Positions 36,807 to 51,218 are shown, numbered from the stretch's first letter. The stretch is DNA of 64,000 nucleotides from Chloroflexota bacterium (GCA_963662335.2 CAXXVD010000005.1:352001-416000), one strand, 5' to 3'. The notes: a model not told the origin generated them from the letters alone. Numbers and translations: made by a program.

Positions 36807-37702
36807 CCACGCTCTTCCTGCTCCGCACTCTCGTTGCGTGCTTCAGGTTCCGCGCCGGTATGGGCGCCCGCAAGCCGGGTGTAGCGCTGCGTCGAACTGA
36901 CGCTGCTGTGCCCAAGCATCGAGCGCACCCGCTGCAGCGGCACGCTCCCTTCCAGCGCGTGCGCGGCAAACGTGTGGCGTAACGTCTGCGGCGTGACCTC
37001 AGAAATGTTGGCCGCGCGCGCGTAGCCCTTTAAGATTAGCCAAAACCCCTGGCGCGTGAGGCGTTGGCCCCGATGGTTGAGGAAGAGCGCCTCGCCGGAC
37101 CGGGACGTCCGCAAGAGCGGGCGGCTCTGCGCAACGTAGCGGTCGAGCGCGGTAAGGCACACGTCGTCCAGCGGCGCTTCCGCCTGGCGCTTCCGTCCGC
37201 GCAGAATGACGCGCCGCTGCTCCCGCACAACGTCGCCCACGTCAAGCTCCAGCGCCTCCGTTATGCGCAGGCCGGTCGCGTACAAGAGGTGCAAGATGCT
37301 CTGGTCGCGCAGGGCTTCAGGCGTAGTGCGCACTGCGGCCGCGGCAAAGAGCGCCGCGACCTGTTCGCGGCTGAGCACCGTCGGCGCGGACCGCTCGACG
37401 CGCCCGCCGGCCAGAGCGTGTGTCGGGTCCTCGGCCACGATTCCCTGCTCGCTCAGGTAGCGGTAGAACGTCCGCACGGCGGCAACCTTGCGGGCGCGCG
37501 TGGCGGCGCTGTAACCCCGTTCCATTAGATCATTGGCATACGCCGCTACCCACGCGGGCTCCGCCTGCCAACTCTCTTCGCCGCGTCCGCGCAGAAACCG
37601 CGTCAACTGGGACAAGTCGTTTCGATACGCCGCTTGCGTGTTTGCCGATAGGTCGCGCTGCTCCGTGATGTGGTCCAGGAAAGCGGCCACTGTCTCTTCC
37701 AT
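36803..37702 (-). CDS. XerD-like tyrosine recombinase
   Basis: LSANT..AY..D, RD...LLYATGLR..E, LTRQGFW, TPQTLRHTFA and LGH.....TQ.YT motifs. Confidence 0.85.
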   Translation of the reverse strand: MEETVAAFLDHITEQRDLSANTQAAYRNDLSQLTRFLRGRGEESWQAEPAWVAAYANDLMERGYSAATRARKVAAVRTFYRYLSEQGIVAEDPTHALAGGRVERSAPTVLSREQVAALFAAAAVRTTPEALRDQSILHLLYATGLRITEALELDVGDVVREQRRVILRGRKRQAEAPLDDVCLTALDRYVAQSRPLLRTSRSGEALFLNHRGQRLTRQGFWLILKGYARAANISEVTPQTLRHTFAAHALEGSVPLQRVRSMLGHSSVSSTQRYTRLAGAHTGAEPEARNESAEQEERG

Positions 37703-37932
37703 CGCTATCCTCTTGTGCAATGAATGCTGCGCGCACCGCCCGCCGCTGCGGCTGCGTCGTAGACGGTCGTCTCTTGTGCGGAGACGCCGCCGGGCACGCC
37801 CAACACGCCCCGCCCACACTCTCTCCGTGAACGCCCGGCCCTTATCGCTCCCGCCCGGCGCGCTCCCGGGCCATTCGCCTCTTCCTAACAGTATGCCTGT
37901 GGCGCAACACACACGGCAAAGGCATACCGGCG

Positions 37933-38604
37933 CTACTCCGCATCCTCCGTCCAGCCGTGCGCCCCTACCAGCGGGACGAAGCGCACGCAGCCAAGATTGC
38001 GCTGCCGGAAGCACTCGCCGTGCCGCTCTATGCAGATGAGCGCCTGGCTCCGGCGCTCGCCGACGGGTATCACACACCGTCCGCCGGCCGCAAGCTGAGC
38101 AAGCAGCGGTTCCGGCACTCGTGGCGCTGCCGCCGCCACGACAATGGCGTCGTACGGCGCTTCGTCCGGCCATCCTGCCGTGCCGTCCGCCACGTGCACA
38201 ACACAGTTCTCATACCCCAAGGCGCGCAGACGGCCCTGCGCCGCCTGCGCGAGACCGGCGAAACGTTCGAGCGCGACCACGAACCGCGCCAAGCCGCAGA
38301 GGATTGCCGTCTGGTAGCCGGAACCGGCCCCGACTTCGAGCACCCGTTCACGCCCGGTGAGCGACAGCGCTTCCGTCATAAGCGCCACTACATAGGGCTG
38401 CGAGATCGTCTGGCCTTCGCCTATGGGCAGCGGGCCGTCTCGGTACGCCTCGGCAATGAGTTCTTCGTCTATAAATTGCTCGCGGGGAACTGCGCCAATC
38501 GCATTGAGCACGCGGGTGTCGCTGATCCCTTTGCGCCGCAAGGAGGCTGCCAAGCGCGCCCGCTGCAACGTGAGGGGATGTGCCGAGTCGTCACGCCCGC
38601 CCAC
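37933..38604 (-). CDS. pcm: Protein-L-isoaspartate O-methyltransferase
   Basis: VPRE.F, AY.D.PLPIG.GQTISQP, VLEVG.GSGYQ and APYDAI.V.AA motifs. Confidence 0.93.
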   Translation of the reverse strand: MGGRDDSAHPLTLQRARLAASLRRKGISDTRVLNAIGAVPREQFIDEELIAEAYRDGPLPIGEGQTISQPYVVALMTEALSLTGRERVLEVGAGSGYQTAILCGLARFVVALERFAGLAQAAQGRLRALGYENCVVHVADGTAGWPDEAPYDAIVVAAAAPRVPEPLLAQLAAGGRCVIPVGERRSQALICIERHGECFRQRNLGCVRFVPLVGAHGWTEDAE

Positions 38605-38607
38605 CGC

Positions 38608-39174
38608 TCAACCCTTCTTGTACGTCACCTCTTCGCCGCTGCCGATCGGCACCAAGACGCTCACGCAGTGCGGGTGGTTGCGCGCCTTGGCGAAGTAGTC
38701 CGCCATGTCTTCCCCGTGGGAAACCGCGTTGTCGGCCACGATGGCGCCGCCGGGCGAAAGCCGCGGGTAGATGAGGTCGAAGTAGGCCGCGTAGTCTTCC
38801 TTCTGCGCGTCGAGGAAGACGAGGTCGTAGGGGCCGGGCAGCCCGGCAAGGGTCTGCTTGCCGTCACCCTGGATGACAGTGATGATGTCCGCCAGACCGG
38901 CCCGGTCGAAGTTTTCCCGCGCGACGGCAACCCGCTCGGCCTCCAGTTCCAAAGAGGTGACGCGCGCGCCCACTTCCCGCGCCGCCAGGCCGATCCAGAG
39001 CGTCGAGTAGCCGTGAAACATGCCGATTTCCAGAATGCGCCGCGGCTTGGCCATGCGCACGAGCACGTGGAGAAACTTGCCGGTGTCCGGCGGCACGCTG
39101 ATGCGCACCTGGCCCCATGCTTCGGGCTCTTCCTCCAAGGCACGCAGCAATTCCGCGTCTGTCCTCGCTGTCAC
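38608..39174 (-). CDS. Class I SAM-dependent O-methyltransferase
   Basis: ILEIG...GYS, YDLVFLDA.K and IVADN motifs; GTG after AGGAGG. Confidence 0.88.
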   Translation of the reverse strand: MTARTDAELLRALEEEPEAWGQVRISVPPDTGKFLHVLVRMAKPRRILEIGMFHGYSTLWIGLAAREVGARVTSLELEAERVAVARENFDRAGLADIITVIQGDGKQTLAGLPGPYDLVFLDAQKEDYAAYFDLIYPRLSPGGAIVADNAVSHGEDMADYFAKARNHPHCVSVLVPIGSGEEVTYKKG

Positions 39175-39200
39175 GTTGACCCTCCTAAACGACTTGAGCT

Positions 39201-39295
39201 CCGTCATTCCCGACTAGAAGTCCGTCATTCCCGCGCACGCGGGAATCCATCTTCGCCGCTCGCGCCCTGGATTCCGGCGGACGCCGGAATGACGG
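39201..39295. repeat. REP cluster, family A (CGTCATTCCCGCG...GGGAATCCA)
   Basis: Inverted pair plus a partial unit; a 36-bp stretch is identical to the copies at 43039-43142 and 45592-45667. Confidence 0.88.
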
Positions 39296-39355
39296 TCAAG
39301 AGACTGGCCCTTACATTGCTGCGGCACGTGGCCCGGGCAAGTCCGCAACCGATCG

Positions 39356-42049
<2,694 letters not shown>

Positions 42050-42198
42050 CGTTCGCGCATCCCTCCATCTATATTTTGAACCGACTAGTGTGCGTCGTTG
42101 TGGTTGTCACCAAGTCATCGGTGAACCGCATGGCGCCTCCTCGTAAGCCGCACGGCGCGCCGCTTGCGCTCGCAGAGCGCGGCACAGGAGCCTAGGGC

Positions 42199-42207
42199 AT
42201 TATAGCA
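42199..42207 (-). promoter_or_regulatory. Extended -10 promoter for ppdK
   Basis: Minus strand TGcTATAAT. Confidence 0.55.
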
Positions 42208-42507
42208 CGCCCGCCTCCCCACCCGACTCCGGTCTACGGCACGGTCTCAGTGATCAGCGCGAAGTCAGCGCACCGGGCTCCGTCGATACCAAAGGAAGCA
42301 GCACCTGGAATATGCGAGTGTGACGGCAGAGTTGGCCGCTTGTTGTCGAGTTGAGCACTGTCTCTCACGGGCGCGGCATGGTACGATGAGTGCTATTGAG
42401 AATACGTCGGAGACGGGGAACAGCAGTTACTCCTCGGTTTCTCGGCATAGGCACGGCCCAGTTTACATCTCTCCAAGCGGCGCGCGCCGCCGGAAACGGA
42501 AACGCCA

Positions 42508-43020
42508 GTGAGCGAGTTTCTCACGAACCTCAAGAGCACGCGCATCATCTGGCCGCTGCTCGTGGTGGCGTTCATCATCGTTAGCGACCAGCTTACCAAG
42601 GCCTTCATCGTCGATTGGCTCAAGCCCCAGGGCAGCGTCTCGATCATTGGCGACCTGCTGCGGCTCACCTTTGTCACGAACACCGGTGTCGCCTTTGGCA
42701 TGTTGACCGGCATTCCCTACGTGCTCATGGTTCCCATCGTCATCCTCATTGGCGTGATCATCTTCTATCTGGTCAAGACCCTCGGCCAGTCGTTCCTGCT
42801 CACGCTGGCGCTCACCTTAGAACTTGGCGGCGCGCTGGGCAACCTGATCGACCGCGTGCGCCTGGGCTACGTGGTTGACTTCGTGAAGTTCCCCTACTGG
42901 CCGGCGTTCAACGTGGCCGACAGTTGCGTCGTGATTGGCGCGATCGGCCTGGCCTTCATCCTCTTCTGGCAAGACCGCAAAGAGGCCGCGACTGAAGCGG
43001 AATCGCCGCCCGCGTCCTAG
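42508..43020 (+). CDS. lspA: Lipoprotein signal peptidase II
   Basis: DQLTK, NTGVAFG, GGALGNLIDR, VVDF and FNVAD motifs. Confidence 0.95.
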   Translation: MSEFLTNLKSTRIIWPLLVVAFIIVSDQLTKAFIVDWLKPQGSVSIIGDLLRLTFVTNTGVAFGMLTGIPYVLMVPIVILIGVIIFYLVKTLGQSFLLTLALTLELGGALGNLIDRVRLGYVVDFVKFPYWPAFNVADSCVVIGAIGLAFILFWQDRKEAATEAESPPAS

Positions 43021-43038
43021 ATTGACGCGCTCACAAAC

Positions 43039-43142
43039 TCCGTCATTCCCGCGAAAGCGGGAATCCAGCGGGAGGCCCGCGCAAGCGGGAACCCATTGGC
43101 AGGCCCGCGAAGATGGATTCCCGCGTGCGCGGGAATGACGGA
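43039..43142. repeat. REP pair, family A
   Basis: tccgtcattcccgcgaaagcgggaatcca ... tggattcccgcgtgcgcgggaatgacgga; partial unit at about 43196-43218. Confidence 0.9.
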
Positions 43143-43243
43143 TAGGTAGCTCACTGCAGTTCTGATTCCCTTGTGTGGACGCCAGACGGCCAGGGTGATT
43201 CCCGCGCAAGCGGCAATCAACGCGAATATCGGCCTTTTCACAG

Positions 43244-44230
43244 ATGCCAACTATCGAACTAACACCAACCGGCAGCGACGCGGGACAGCGGCTCGACGTC
43301 TTTGTTGCCGCTTCACTGGCGAATGGCGCAGCCATGGCAATTGCCGGAAACGCGCCGGTCCTGAGCCGTTCGCAGGTGCAGCGTCTCATTGTCGAGCACC
43401 GCGTCCGCGTCGCCGGACAACCCGCCGCGCCCTCCACGAAGGTGCGCGCCGGGGCCGTGGTGACGGTCACGCTGCCTGAGACAACCGCGCCGGCGCTTGT
43501 GCCGGTGCCGCTTACCACGCCGCTGCTGCACGTGGATGAGCACCTCATCGTTGTGAACAAGCCGCCGGGACTGGTCGTCCATCCCGGGGCCGGACAGACC
43601 GCAGGGACGCTGGTCAACCAACTGCTCGACCGCTTTCCCGAAGTCGCGGCGGTTGGGCAGCCGGCGCGTCCCGGCATCGTGCACCGGCTGGACCGGGACA
43701 CGTCCGGCGCGCTCGTGGTGTCCCGCACCGTTGCCGCTTATGAATGGCTCGTGGCGCAGTTTGCCGCCCGCGCCGTGAAGAAGACCTACCTTGCTTTGGT
43801 GGTGGGCGCGCCCAGCGTCGAGCGAGGCGTGATCGACGCACCGGTGAGCCGCCATCCCACGCGGCGCACGAACATGGCCGTCACGGCCGGCGGCAAACCG
43901 GCCACTACCCGCTTTGCCGTGCTCGAGCGCCTCGGTTCCCACACCCTATTGGAGGTATCGCCCGAGACCGGGCGCACCCACCAGATTCGCGTGCATCTGG
44001 CCGCCGCGGGCTGGCCGGTTGCCGGCGACGCGCAGTACGGGCCGCGCGCGGCCACAGGCCAACGCCCCGGCGGCCGCGCGCTGTCCCGCATGTTCCTGCA
44101 CGCGCTCAGCCTGGGTTTCGCGCATCCCGCCTCCCGCGAACAGGTGCGTTTCGAGGCCCCGCTCGCCGCCGACCTGTCACACGCGCTGCGCGCCTGCGGC
44201 AGCGGTTGGCCCGGGAGCCAGCAAAGTTGA
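43244..44230 (+). CDS. RluA/RluD family pseudouridine synthase
   Basis: S4-like N-terminus, NKPPGLVVHP, HRLDRDTSG and TGRTHQIRVH motifs. Confidence 0.93.
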   Translation: MPTIELTPTGSDAGQRLDVFVAASLANGAAMAIAGNAPVLSRSQVQRLIVEHRVRVAGQPAAPSTKVRAGAVVTVTLPETTAPALVPVPLTTPLLHVDEHLIVVNKPPGLVVHPGAGQTAGTLVNQLLDRFPEVAAVGQPARPGIVHRLDRDTSGALVVSRTVAAYEWLVAQFAARAVKKTYLALVVGAPSVERGVIDAPVSRHPTRRTNMAVTAGGKPATTRFAVLERLGSHTLLEVSPETGRTHQIRVHLAAAGWPVAGDAQYGPRAATGQRPGGRALSRMFLHALSLGFAHPASREQVRFEAPLAADLSHALRACGSGWPGSQQS

Positions 44231-44366
44231 CCCTGCAAGGGAAAGTCCCTACTATGAGTTACGCGGCTCGTCCGGCGCAGCCGCCGTCTCCCCGGTCATG
44301 CCTGCTTCGTTTGAGACGCCTCCCACCCATTTTAGGAAGACTAAAGCGGTAAGCCGCCCCGCGCTC

Positions 44367-45410
44367 ATGAACAATCAGCCTATGTACGCCCACATCACCG
44401 GCTGGGGCAAGGCGCTGCCAAAGCAGCGCCTCACGAACGCCGACCTGGAAAAGATGGTGGATACCGCGGACGAGTGGATCTTCAGCCGCACCGGCATCCG
44501 CGAGCGGCGCATCGTCTCCGGCGATGAATCCACGCACTCGCTGGGCGCGGCTGCCGCGCGTGAGGCGCTGGCCGTCGCCAACGTCGCGCCCGCGGCGGTA
44601 GACATGGTGATTGCCGCCAGTTGCACGCCGGAAGCGCTCTTTCCCAGCATCGCGAACCGCATCCAGGAGCGGCTGGGGCTGGCGCGGTCCGCCGCGTTGG
44701 ACCTCAACCAGGCGTGCAGCGGCTTCATCCACGGTCTCGCCGTGGCGCAGGGCTTCATCGCCTCGGGCCAGTACGAGACGATCCTCGTCGTCGGCGCGGA
44801 AGTGCTCACGCGCCACGTCGATTGGAGCGACCGCTCCACCTGCGTGCTCTTTGGCGACGCGGCCGGCGCCGTCGTGGTGCAGGCTTCCGCGCGGCCGGGC
44901 GGGCCGCTGGCCTTCGACCTGGGCTCCAACGGCGGCGGCGGCGACCTGCTCATGCTGCCCACCGACGGCAAACTGCACATGAACGGACGGGAAGTCTACC
45001 GCTTTGCCGTCACCGCTATGACCGGCTCTCTGCGCGCCGCCATTGCGAAAGCGGAAGTGACGCTGGACGACATCGACCTGCTCATTCCCCACCAGGCAAA
45101 CATCCGCATTATCCAGTCCGCCGCCCAGTCCCTCGGCCTCCCGCTGGATAAGGTGTTCACCAACGTGGAGAAATACGGCAACACCTCCGCCGCGTCGATT
45201 CCGGTGGCTCTGTGCGAGGCTCTCGAAGAAGGCCGCATCAAGCCGGATGACACGGTGGCAATGGTCGCGTTTGGGGCCGGCCTGGCCTGGGGCGCGACCG
45301 TGATGCGCTGGACGAGTCCGCTACGGCCTGCCGGGCAGCACTCGATTGCTTCGGAGGCAACGCAAGAGACGGCGCGCGTCAAGGAAGCGGTCGGCGAGAC
45401 CGCCGGCTAG
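44367..45410 (+). CDS. fabH: 3-oxoacyl-ACP synthase III
   Basis: RTGIRERR, ACSGF, LFGD.AGA, HQAN.RI and GNTSAAS motifs. Start 44367 or 44382. Confidence 0.93.
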   Translation: MNNQPMYAHITGWGKALPKQRLTNADLEKMVDTADEWIFSRTGIRERRIVSGDESTHSLGAAAAREALAVANVAPAAVDMVIAASCTPEALFPSIANRIQERLGLARSAALDLNQACSGFIHGLAVAQGFIASGQYETILVVGAEVLTRHVDWSDRSTCVLFGDAAGAVVVQASARPGGPLAFDLGSNGGGGDLLMLPTDGKLHMNGREVYRFAVTAMTGSLRAAIAKAEVTLDDIDLLIPHQANIRIIQSAAQSLGLPLDKVFTNVEKYGNTSAASIPVALCEALEEGRIKPDDTVAMVAFGAGLAWGATVMRWTSPLRPAGQHSIASEATQETARVKEAVGETAG

Positions 45411-45515
45411 CGGTTATCACGGTTAGCGGTCATTGCTCTGAAAGTAGCCTTACCAAGCCGTTTGCTCTGAGCAGCGTCGAAGGGTGCACGGCGGATGAAG
45501 CGGAATAATGATCTC

Positions 45516-45667
45516 AACGCACATCTCTCCGTTCATGCTTCGACAGGCTCAGCAAGAACGGAGAGATGTGCGTTCACATATCATTGCCTTCTCCGTCATT
45601 CCCGGCGAAAGCGGGAATCCACTGGCTGCGCGCGAAGATGGATTCCCGCGTGCGCGGGAATGACGGA
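45516..45667. repeat. Adjacent REP palindromes: family D (45516-45574) and family A (45592-45667)
   Basis: Match the copies at 188-248 and 43039-43142; between convergent genes. Confidence 0.88.
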
Positions 45668-45762
45668 CAGGTGGCTGTCCCGCCTTTCCTTCCCCTGGGT
45701 GGCCGGCACAAGGTCACGGTGATTGCCGATCCACTCAGCGTTCTTGGCGTGTTGGAGCCGGA

Positions 45763-46320
45763 CTAACCGGGGCGCATCTCCCAGAACTCCTTACCCAGCG
45801 CGTCGTACGGCAAGCGGCGCTCATCCGGGTCCTGGGCGTCGAACTGCTGATTAACGAAATAGAAGAGAAAAGCCTCGTCCGTACCCAGATTGGCCGCGCC
45901 GTGCGCCACGCCGCGCGGGATGTAGAGCAGTTGGCTGCGCCCCCGGCCCAAGACGAAGCGCATTTTCTCTCCCCCGGTAGGCGAATCCTGGCGCACGTCC
46001 CACAGGCCTACGAGGAGCGCCTGCGACGGCGGCACGAACCAGAGGTCTTCCTGATTGAAGTGCAGGTGCCAGGCCTTGATCGCCCCCGCCGCCATCAGCG
46101 AGCAGTTCACCTGGCGCACAACGAAGCCGTCAAGCTCCCCCAGCGCGCCGTCCGCCAAGCGCGCCAGTTCCGTGAACGTGCCGCCGTCTTCCGCGAACGT
46201 CCGCAGCGGCAGCAGCCGCACACCGTCGATCTGCGCCGCGCCGCCATACTCCTGGCGCGAAACGCTGGTCCGCTGCGCTTCTTGGATGTCGCTCAATTCC
46301 AGCGGCGGTCTTTCCGACAT
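45763..46320 (-). CDS. RmlC-like cupin (dTDP-4-dehydrorhamnose 3,5-epimerase family)
   Basis: G.F.E, AWHLH, D.R..SPT and IPRGVAHG motifs. Confidence 0.8.
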   Translation of the reverse strand: MSERPPLELSDIQEAQRTSVSRQEYGGAAQIDGVRLLPLRTFAEDGGTFTELARLADGALGELDGFVVRQVNCSLMAAGAIKAWHLHFNQEDLWFVPPSQALLVGLWDVRQDSPTGGEKMRFVLGRGRSQLLYIPRGVAHGAANLGTDEAFLFYFVNQQFDAQDPDERRLPYDALGKEFWEMRPG

Positions 46321-46692
46321 CGTTCTCCCTCTCGTTGCGCCAGCTACCGCGCTTCCTCGATGGCTTCGCCGGGATGACTTCGAAGCACGTGGTTCCCCCT
46401 ACGCATCACCGCCGCCCCTCGTAGCCCATCATCCCAGGTACGGCTCGTTAATGAACCCGTTTGTTTGCGGGTGTCTTGGATGATACGATTCCGACCGGAC
46501 GCTGGCAACCGCACGCCGTGGCGCGCGCCGGCAGCCGGGTCTGGCTACATTCGCTGCGGAAACACTGCAAAGGGGCATAGGACAGTCTCACGCCGGTCAA
46601 GAATTCCGGCGGCTCGGAATGACAGGACCCGTTGCCCGCATGCGCGACAAGCCTGGGTCTGCCAATTCCGCGAATTCTCCCACTTGCTGCTG

Positions 46693-46721
46693 TTGACTCC
46701 GTTATGGGCAAGTGTTACACT
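46693..46721 (+). promoter_or_regulatory. Promoter of the str operon
   Basis: TTGACT-17 bp-TACACT with a TG extension, about 55 bp before rpsL. Confidence 0.7.
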
Positions 46722-46774
46722 CTACTTTTGCGTGCGTTAATGCATGAGAAGCCAAGAATTGGTAGGTTCGAACC

Positions 46775-47233
46775 GTGCCGACAACCAATCAGCTTGTAAG
46801 GCGGGGACGCAAGTCCAAGTCCGTCAAGGGCAAGTCCCCCGACCTGCATTGGAACTTCAACGCGCTCAAGAACCGTTCCGTGCGCACCGACGGTTCGCCG
46901 CAGAAGCGGGGCGTGTGCATCTCGGTGCGCACGCTGACCCCGCGCAAGCCGAATTCGGCGCTGCGCAAAGTGGCGCGCGTGCGGTTGACCAACGGGCGGG
47001 AAGTAACGGCCTACATACCGGGTGAAGGCCACAATTTGCAGGAGCACTCGGTAGTGCTCATTCGCGGCGGACGGGTAAAGGACGTGCCGGGCGTGCGCTA
47101 TCACATCGTGCGCGGCACGTTGGACGCCGAGGGCGTCTACCCGCACGCGGGCGCGCCGCAAGACCGCGCCAAGAGCCGGTCTAAGTACGGCACCCGGCGC
47201 ACGCGGCCGCAGGCGAGCGCCAGCGCTTCATAG
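46775..47233 (+). CDS. rpsL: 30S ribosomal protein S12
   Basis: PQKRGVC, PNSALRK and GGRVKD.PGVRY motifs. Confidence 0.97.
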   Translation: MPTTNQLVRRGRKSKSVKGKSPDLHWNFNALKNRSVRTDGSPQKRGVCISVRTLTPRKPNSALRKVARVRLTNGREVTAYIPGEGHNLQEHSVVLIRGGRVKDVPGVRYHIVRGTLDAEGVYPHAGAPQDRAKSRSKYGTRRTRPQASASAS

Positions 47234-47345
47234 CGGAACAGCCGCCACGCGCGGCGCAACTTACAATCTAACGGTTATTCTTGCAGCAGTTGTTGGCCTC
47301 GACACCGAAGCTGACAACGCTGCTGCGCGTAAGGGGCAGTTGAGA

Positions 47346-47816
47346 ATGCCACGGCGAGGACGAGTGATAAAGCGGCGAATACTGCCGGACCCGAAGCATC
47401 GCAGCGTCACGTTGCAGATGTTCATCAACAAGCTGATGCAGCGCGGCAAGAAGAGCACGACGGAACGCTTCGTCTACCGCGCGTTGGACATCGTCGAATC
47501 GCGCACCGGCCGCTCCGGTCTGGACGTCTTCGACCAGGCGGTGCGCAACGTCACGCCCTTGCTCGAAGTGCGGCCGCGCCGCGTGGGCGGGGCTACCTAT
47601 CAGGTGCCGATGGAGATTCCGAGCGGACGGCGGCTCTCGCTGGCCTTGCGCTGGCTCGTGCGCTACACCCGCGAACGTCGCGGGCCGAGCATGGCGATAA
47701 AGCTGGCGGAGGAACTCATCGACGCCGCCGACGGCCAGGGCGCTTCCATCCGCCGCCGGGACGAAACGCACCGCATGGCGGAGGCAAATAAGGCCTTCTC
47801 CCACTACCGCTGGTAA
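47346..47816 (+). CDS. rpsG: 30S ribosomal protein S7
   Basis: MPRR, RRVGGATYQVP and HRMAEANKAF motifs. Confidence 0.97.
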   Translation: MPRRGRVIKRRILPDPKHRSVTLQMFINKLMQRGKKSTTERFVYRALDIVESRTGRSGLDVFDQAVRNVTPLLEVRPRRVGGATYQVPMEIPSGRRLSLALRWLVRYTRERRGPSMAIKLAEELIDAADGQGASIRRRDETHRMAEANKAFSHYRW

Positions 47817-47890
47817 GCAAACGAGACTAGAGTAAGTAAGCGACAGGTCAAGTACCGCAACACAAAGCGAGGCAAGCAAGAGACACAGGC

Positions 47891-49963
47891 ATGGAACGGC
47901 AATTCCCCATAGAACGCTACCGCAATATCGGCATTATTGCGCATATCGACGCCGGCAAGACCACCACCACCGAGCGGGTGCTCTTCTATTCCGGGCGCAT
48001 CCACCGCATGGGCGAGGTGCACGAAGGCACCACCGCCATGGACTACATGGTGCAGGAACGCGAGCGCGGCATCACGATTACGGCGGCCGCCACGACCTCC
48101 ATGTGGCGCGACCACCGCGTCAACATCATCGATACGCCCGGCCACGTGGACTTCACCGCTGAGGTCGAACGCTCGCTGCGCGTCCTGGACGGCGGCGTCG
48201 TGGTCTTCGACGCGGTCTCCGGCGTGGAAGCCCAGTCGGAAACGGTGTGGCGGCAAGCGGACCGCTATGGTGTGCCGCGCATCTGCTTCGTGAACAAGAT
48301 GGACCGGGTTGGCGCGGACTTCTGGAACTGCGTCTCGATGATCCGCGAACGCTTGCAGGCGCAGCCGGTGCCAATTCAGATCCCGCTGGGCGCGGAAGAT
48401 ACCTTTACGGGCATGATCGACCTCTTCTCAATGCAGGCGGTCGTTTTCACCGACGAACTTGGCGCCAAGCCCACCGTCGGCCCGATACCGGACGAGTTGC
48501 GCGCCGACGCGGAGTTGCATCGCCACGAAATGATCGAGGCTATCGCCGAACACGACGAAGACCTCCTCCTCAAGTACTTGAACGATGAGGAACTCTCGGT
48601 GGCGGAACTCAAGGCCGCGTTGCGCCGGGCAACCTGCCGGGTGACGCTGGTGCCCGTCCTCTGCGGCGCGGCGTTGCGCAACAAGGGCGTGCAGCCCCTG
48701 CTCGACGCCGTCGTGGACTTTCTGCCGTCCCCCACCGAAGTGCCGCCAATCACGGGCGTGGCGCCGGTTGCCGGGTTGGAAGAGTCGCGCGAGTCCAGTG
48801 ATACCGCGCCGTTCGCGGCGCTCGCCTTCAAGGTGGTGACGGACCCGTTCAGCGGCCGCTTGGTCTACCTGCGCGTCTATTCGGGCACGGCCGACGCCGG
48901 CATGGGGATGCTCAACGCGAGCCGCAACCGGCGGGAGCGCCTGGGCCGCTTGCTCTTGATGCACGCCGACAAACGGGAAGAGATTTCCAGCATCTTTGCC
49001 GGTGACATCGTGGCCGCCGTCGGCCTCAAGGATACGGTTACGGGAGACACCCTTTCCGACATCAATCATCCCATTGCGCTGGAGTCGATCAGTTTTCCCG
49101 ACCCGGTGCTTCACATGGCAATCGAACCGAAGAGCCGCCTGGAGGAAGACCGCCTTTCCACGGCGCTGCGGCGCCTGTCGGAAGAGGACCCGACGTTCCG
49201 CGCCGGCCAGGACGCCCAGACCGGCGAGACGATCATCGGCGGCATGGGCGAATTGCACCTGGAAGTGATTGCCGACCGCTTGCTGCGCGAGTTCAACGTG
49301 GAAGCCTCGCTGGGCGCGCCGCAGGTAGCCTATAAGGAAACGGTGCGACACCCGGTGGAGCAGGAAGGCCGCTTCATCCGCCAGACCGGCGGCCGGGGCC
49401 AGTACGGCCACGTCTGGCTGCGCATCGAGCCGCTCGAGAGCGGCGCCGGGATCGAAATCGAAAACGCCATCATCGGCGGCACGATCCCGAGGGAGTACAT
49501 CCCGGCCGTGCAAGCCGGCATCAGAGACAGCCTGCTCGCGGGCCCGCTCGGCTACCCGGTGGTGGACGTGCGCGTTACGGTGTTCGACGGTTCGTTCCAT
49601 CCGGTAGACTCATCGGAACTGGCGTTCCACAACGCCGCCGTCGTCGCCATGCGCGAGGGTCTCGATAAGGCGCGGCCCGTCACGCTGGAGCCGATCATGG
49701 AAGTGGAAGTGATGATACCGGAGGAATTCCTCGGCGAAATTGCGGGCGCGCTCAACGCGCGGCGCGGCAGCATCGACGAGATCCAAACGCGGCTGGGAAC
49801 AAAAGTCATTCAAGCCAAAGTGCCGCTGGCCGCGATGTTCGGTTATGTAAACACCCTGCGTTCCAGCACCCAGGGCCGCGGCACGTACTCGATGCAGTTC
49901 TCGCACTACCAGGAAGTGGCCGAAAGCGCCCGGGAAATGGTGGCGCGGGCCGGCCGGCATTAG
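47891..49963 (+). CDS. fusA: Elongation factor G
   Basis: [26 protein letters not shown] and GMGELHL motifs. Confidence 0.97.
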   Translation: MERQFPIERYRNIGIIAHIDAGKTTTTERVLFYSGRIHRMGEVHEGTTAMDYMVQERERGITITAAATTSMWRDHRVNIIDTPGHVDFTAEVERSLRVLDGGVVVFDAVSGVEAQSETVWRQADRYGVPRICFVNKMDRVGADFWNCVSMIRERLQAQPVPIQIPLGAEDTFTGMIDLFSMQAVVFTDELGAKPTVGPIPDELRADAELHRHEMIEAIAEHDEDLLLKYLNDEELSVAELKAALRRATCRVTLVPVLCGAALRNKGVQPLLDAVVDFLPSPTEVPPITGVAPVAGLEESRESSDTAPFAALAFKVVTDPFSGRLVYLRVYSGTADAGMGMLNASRNRRERLGRLLLMHADKREEISSIFAGDIVAAVGLKDTVTGDTLSDINHPIALESISFPDPVLHMAIEPKSRLEEDRLSTALRRLSEEDPTFRAGQDAQTGETIIGGMGELHLEVIADRLLREFNVEASLGAPQVAYKETVRHPVEQEGRFIRQTGGRGQYGHVWLRIEPLESGAGIEIENAIIGGTIPREYIPAVQAGIRDSLLAGPLGYPVVDVRVTVFDGSFHPVDSSELAFHNAAVVAMREGLDKARPVTLEPIMEVEVMIPEEFLGEIAGALNARRGSIDEIQTRLGTKVIQAKVPLAAMFGYVNTLRSSTQGRGTYSMQFSHYQEVAESAREMVARAGRH

Positions 49964-50015
49964 CATTACGCAAACGAACCTTACTCGTGCATGAGCAGAA
50001 GGAGAGAGCAAGAGG

Positions 50016-51218
<1,203 letters not shown>

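Noticed and set aside
30508-37702. Integrative element bounded by tRNA-Pro and the tyrosine recombinase
   Set aside because: No duplicated tRNA 3' end seen, the recombinase is XerD-like and 6 kb away, and the intervening genes have host-like composition.
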